DNA of 64,000 nucleotides from positions 146,056-210,055 of the forward strand of contig CAVVKN010000022.1 of NCBI GenBank assembly GCA_963748825.1, in the 5' to 3' direction. The notes below the pieces were generated by a model. That model had not been told where the DNA came from. It ran no database searches and saw nothing but the letters and a program-made list of their open reading frames with translations. Shown here piece after piece: positions 63,745 to 64,000 of the stretch (positions within the stretch are counted from its first letter, which is position 1; each line of letters begins with the position of its first letter). The stretch comes from Methanotrichaceae archaeon. Its GTDB lineage: Archaea > Halobacteriota > Methanosarcinia > Methanotrichales > Methanotrichaceae. Position numbers and translations under genes: made by a program.

Positions 63745-63944
63745 ATATGTCTGCATCAAGAACCTCTTTTTGTTTGCCAATATTTGGGAATTGTAAATTC
63801 TAGCAGAACTTCTTTAATAAGCAGCCATTTCTTAGCCCTGTCCGAGAGAATTATATACATAATAATCATATCCTTTCTCAGCAATTATGGGAGCGAGAAT
63901 GAAAAGTGGGCCTGACCTCAGGAACGAATGGTGTGAGGGGCACC

Positions 63945-64000
63945 ATGGCTGAAAAGAATGCATCCGACGAGCCAAACGGTAAGCTGGAGAAAAACGAGGA
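63945..64000 (+). CDS. Start of a gene running out of the window
   Basis: GAGGGG RBS then ATG; frame open to the end. Confidence 0.45.
   Translation, partial: MAEKNASDEPNGKLEKNE

Overview
Archaeal methanogen DNA, most consistent with Methanothrix (Methanotrichaceae); this assignment is inferred from Mmp10, AMP phosphorylase, AcnX/UbiD mevalonate genes, GuaAB, FtsZ2, Smc/ScpA, PAS hybrid kinases and families of secreted paralogs. Most of the window is housekeeping and signalling genes. A plasticity zone at about 37.1-47.8 kb contains an intact IS1634-family element with TIRs and a 6-bp TSD, a truncated second IS1634, a frameshifted IS5-type element, a scpB pseudogene, a 5' (domain I) fragment of a group II intron, MITE-like CACAGAG repeat elements, a HicAB TA pair and a partially duplicated UPF0146 gene. 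The most striking locus (58.7-62.2 kb) is an NLR/Avs-like gene: calcineurin-like metallophosphoesterase + NB-ARC STAND NTPase + seven near-identical 120-bp TPR repeats that vary at fixed codons. Its apparent +1 indels within the array fall on those variable codons. Other leads are an archaeal DUF6009-like gene, a 31-aa membrane peptide coupled to ftsZ, an HDAC-fold enzyme lacking its catalytic Tyr, and a repeated structured intergenic motif. No rRNA, tRNA or CRISPR array was recognised. Several single-base frameshifts may be consensus errors. All family assignments come from motif recognition, not database searches.
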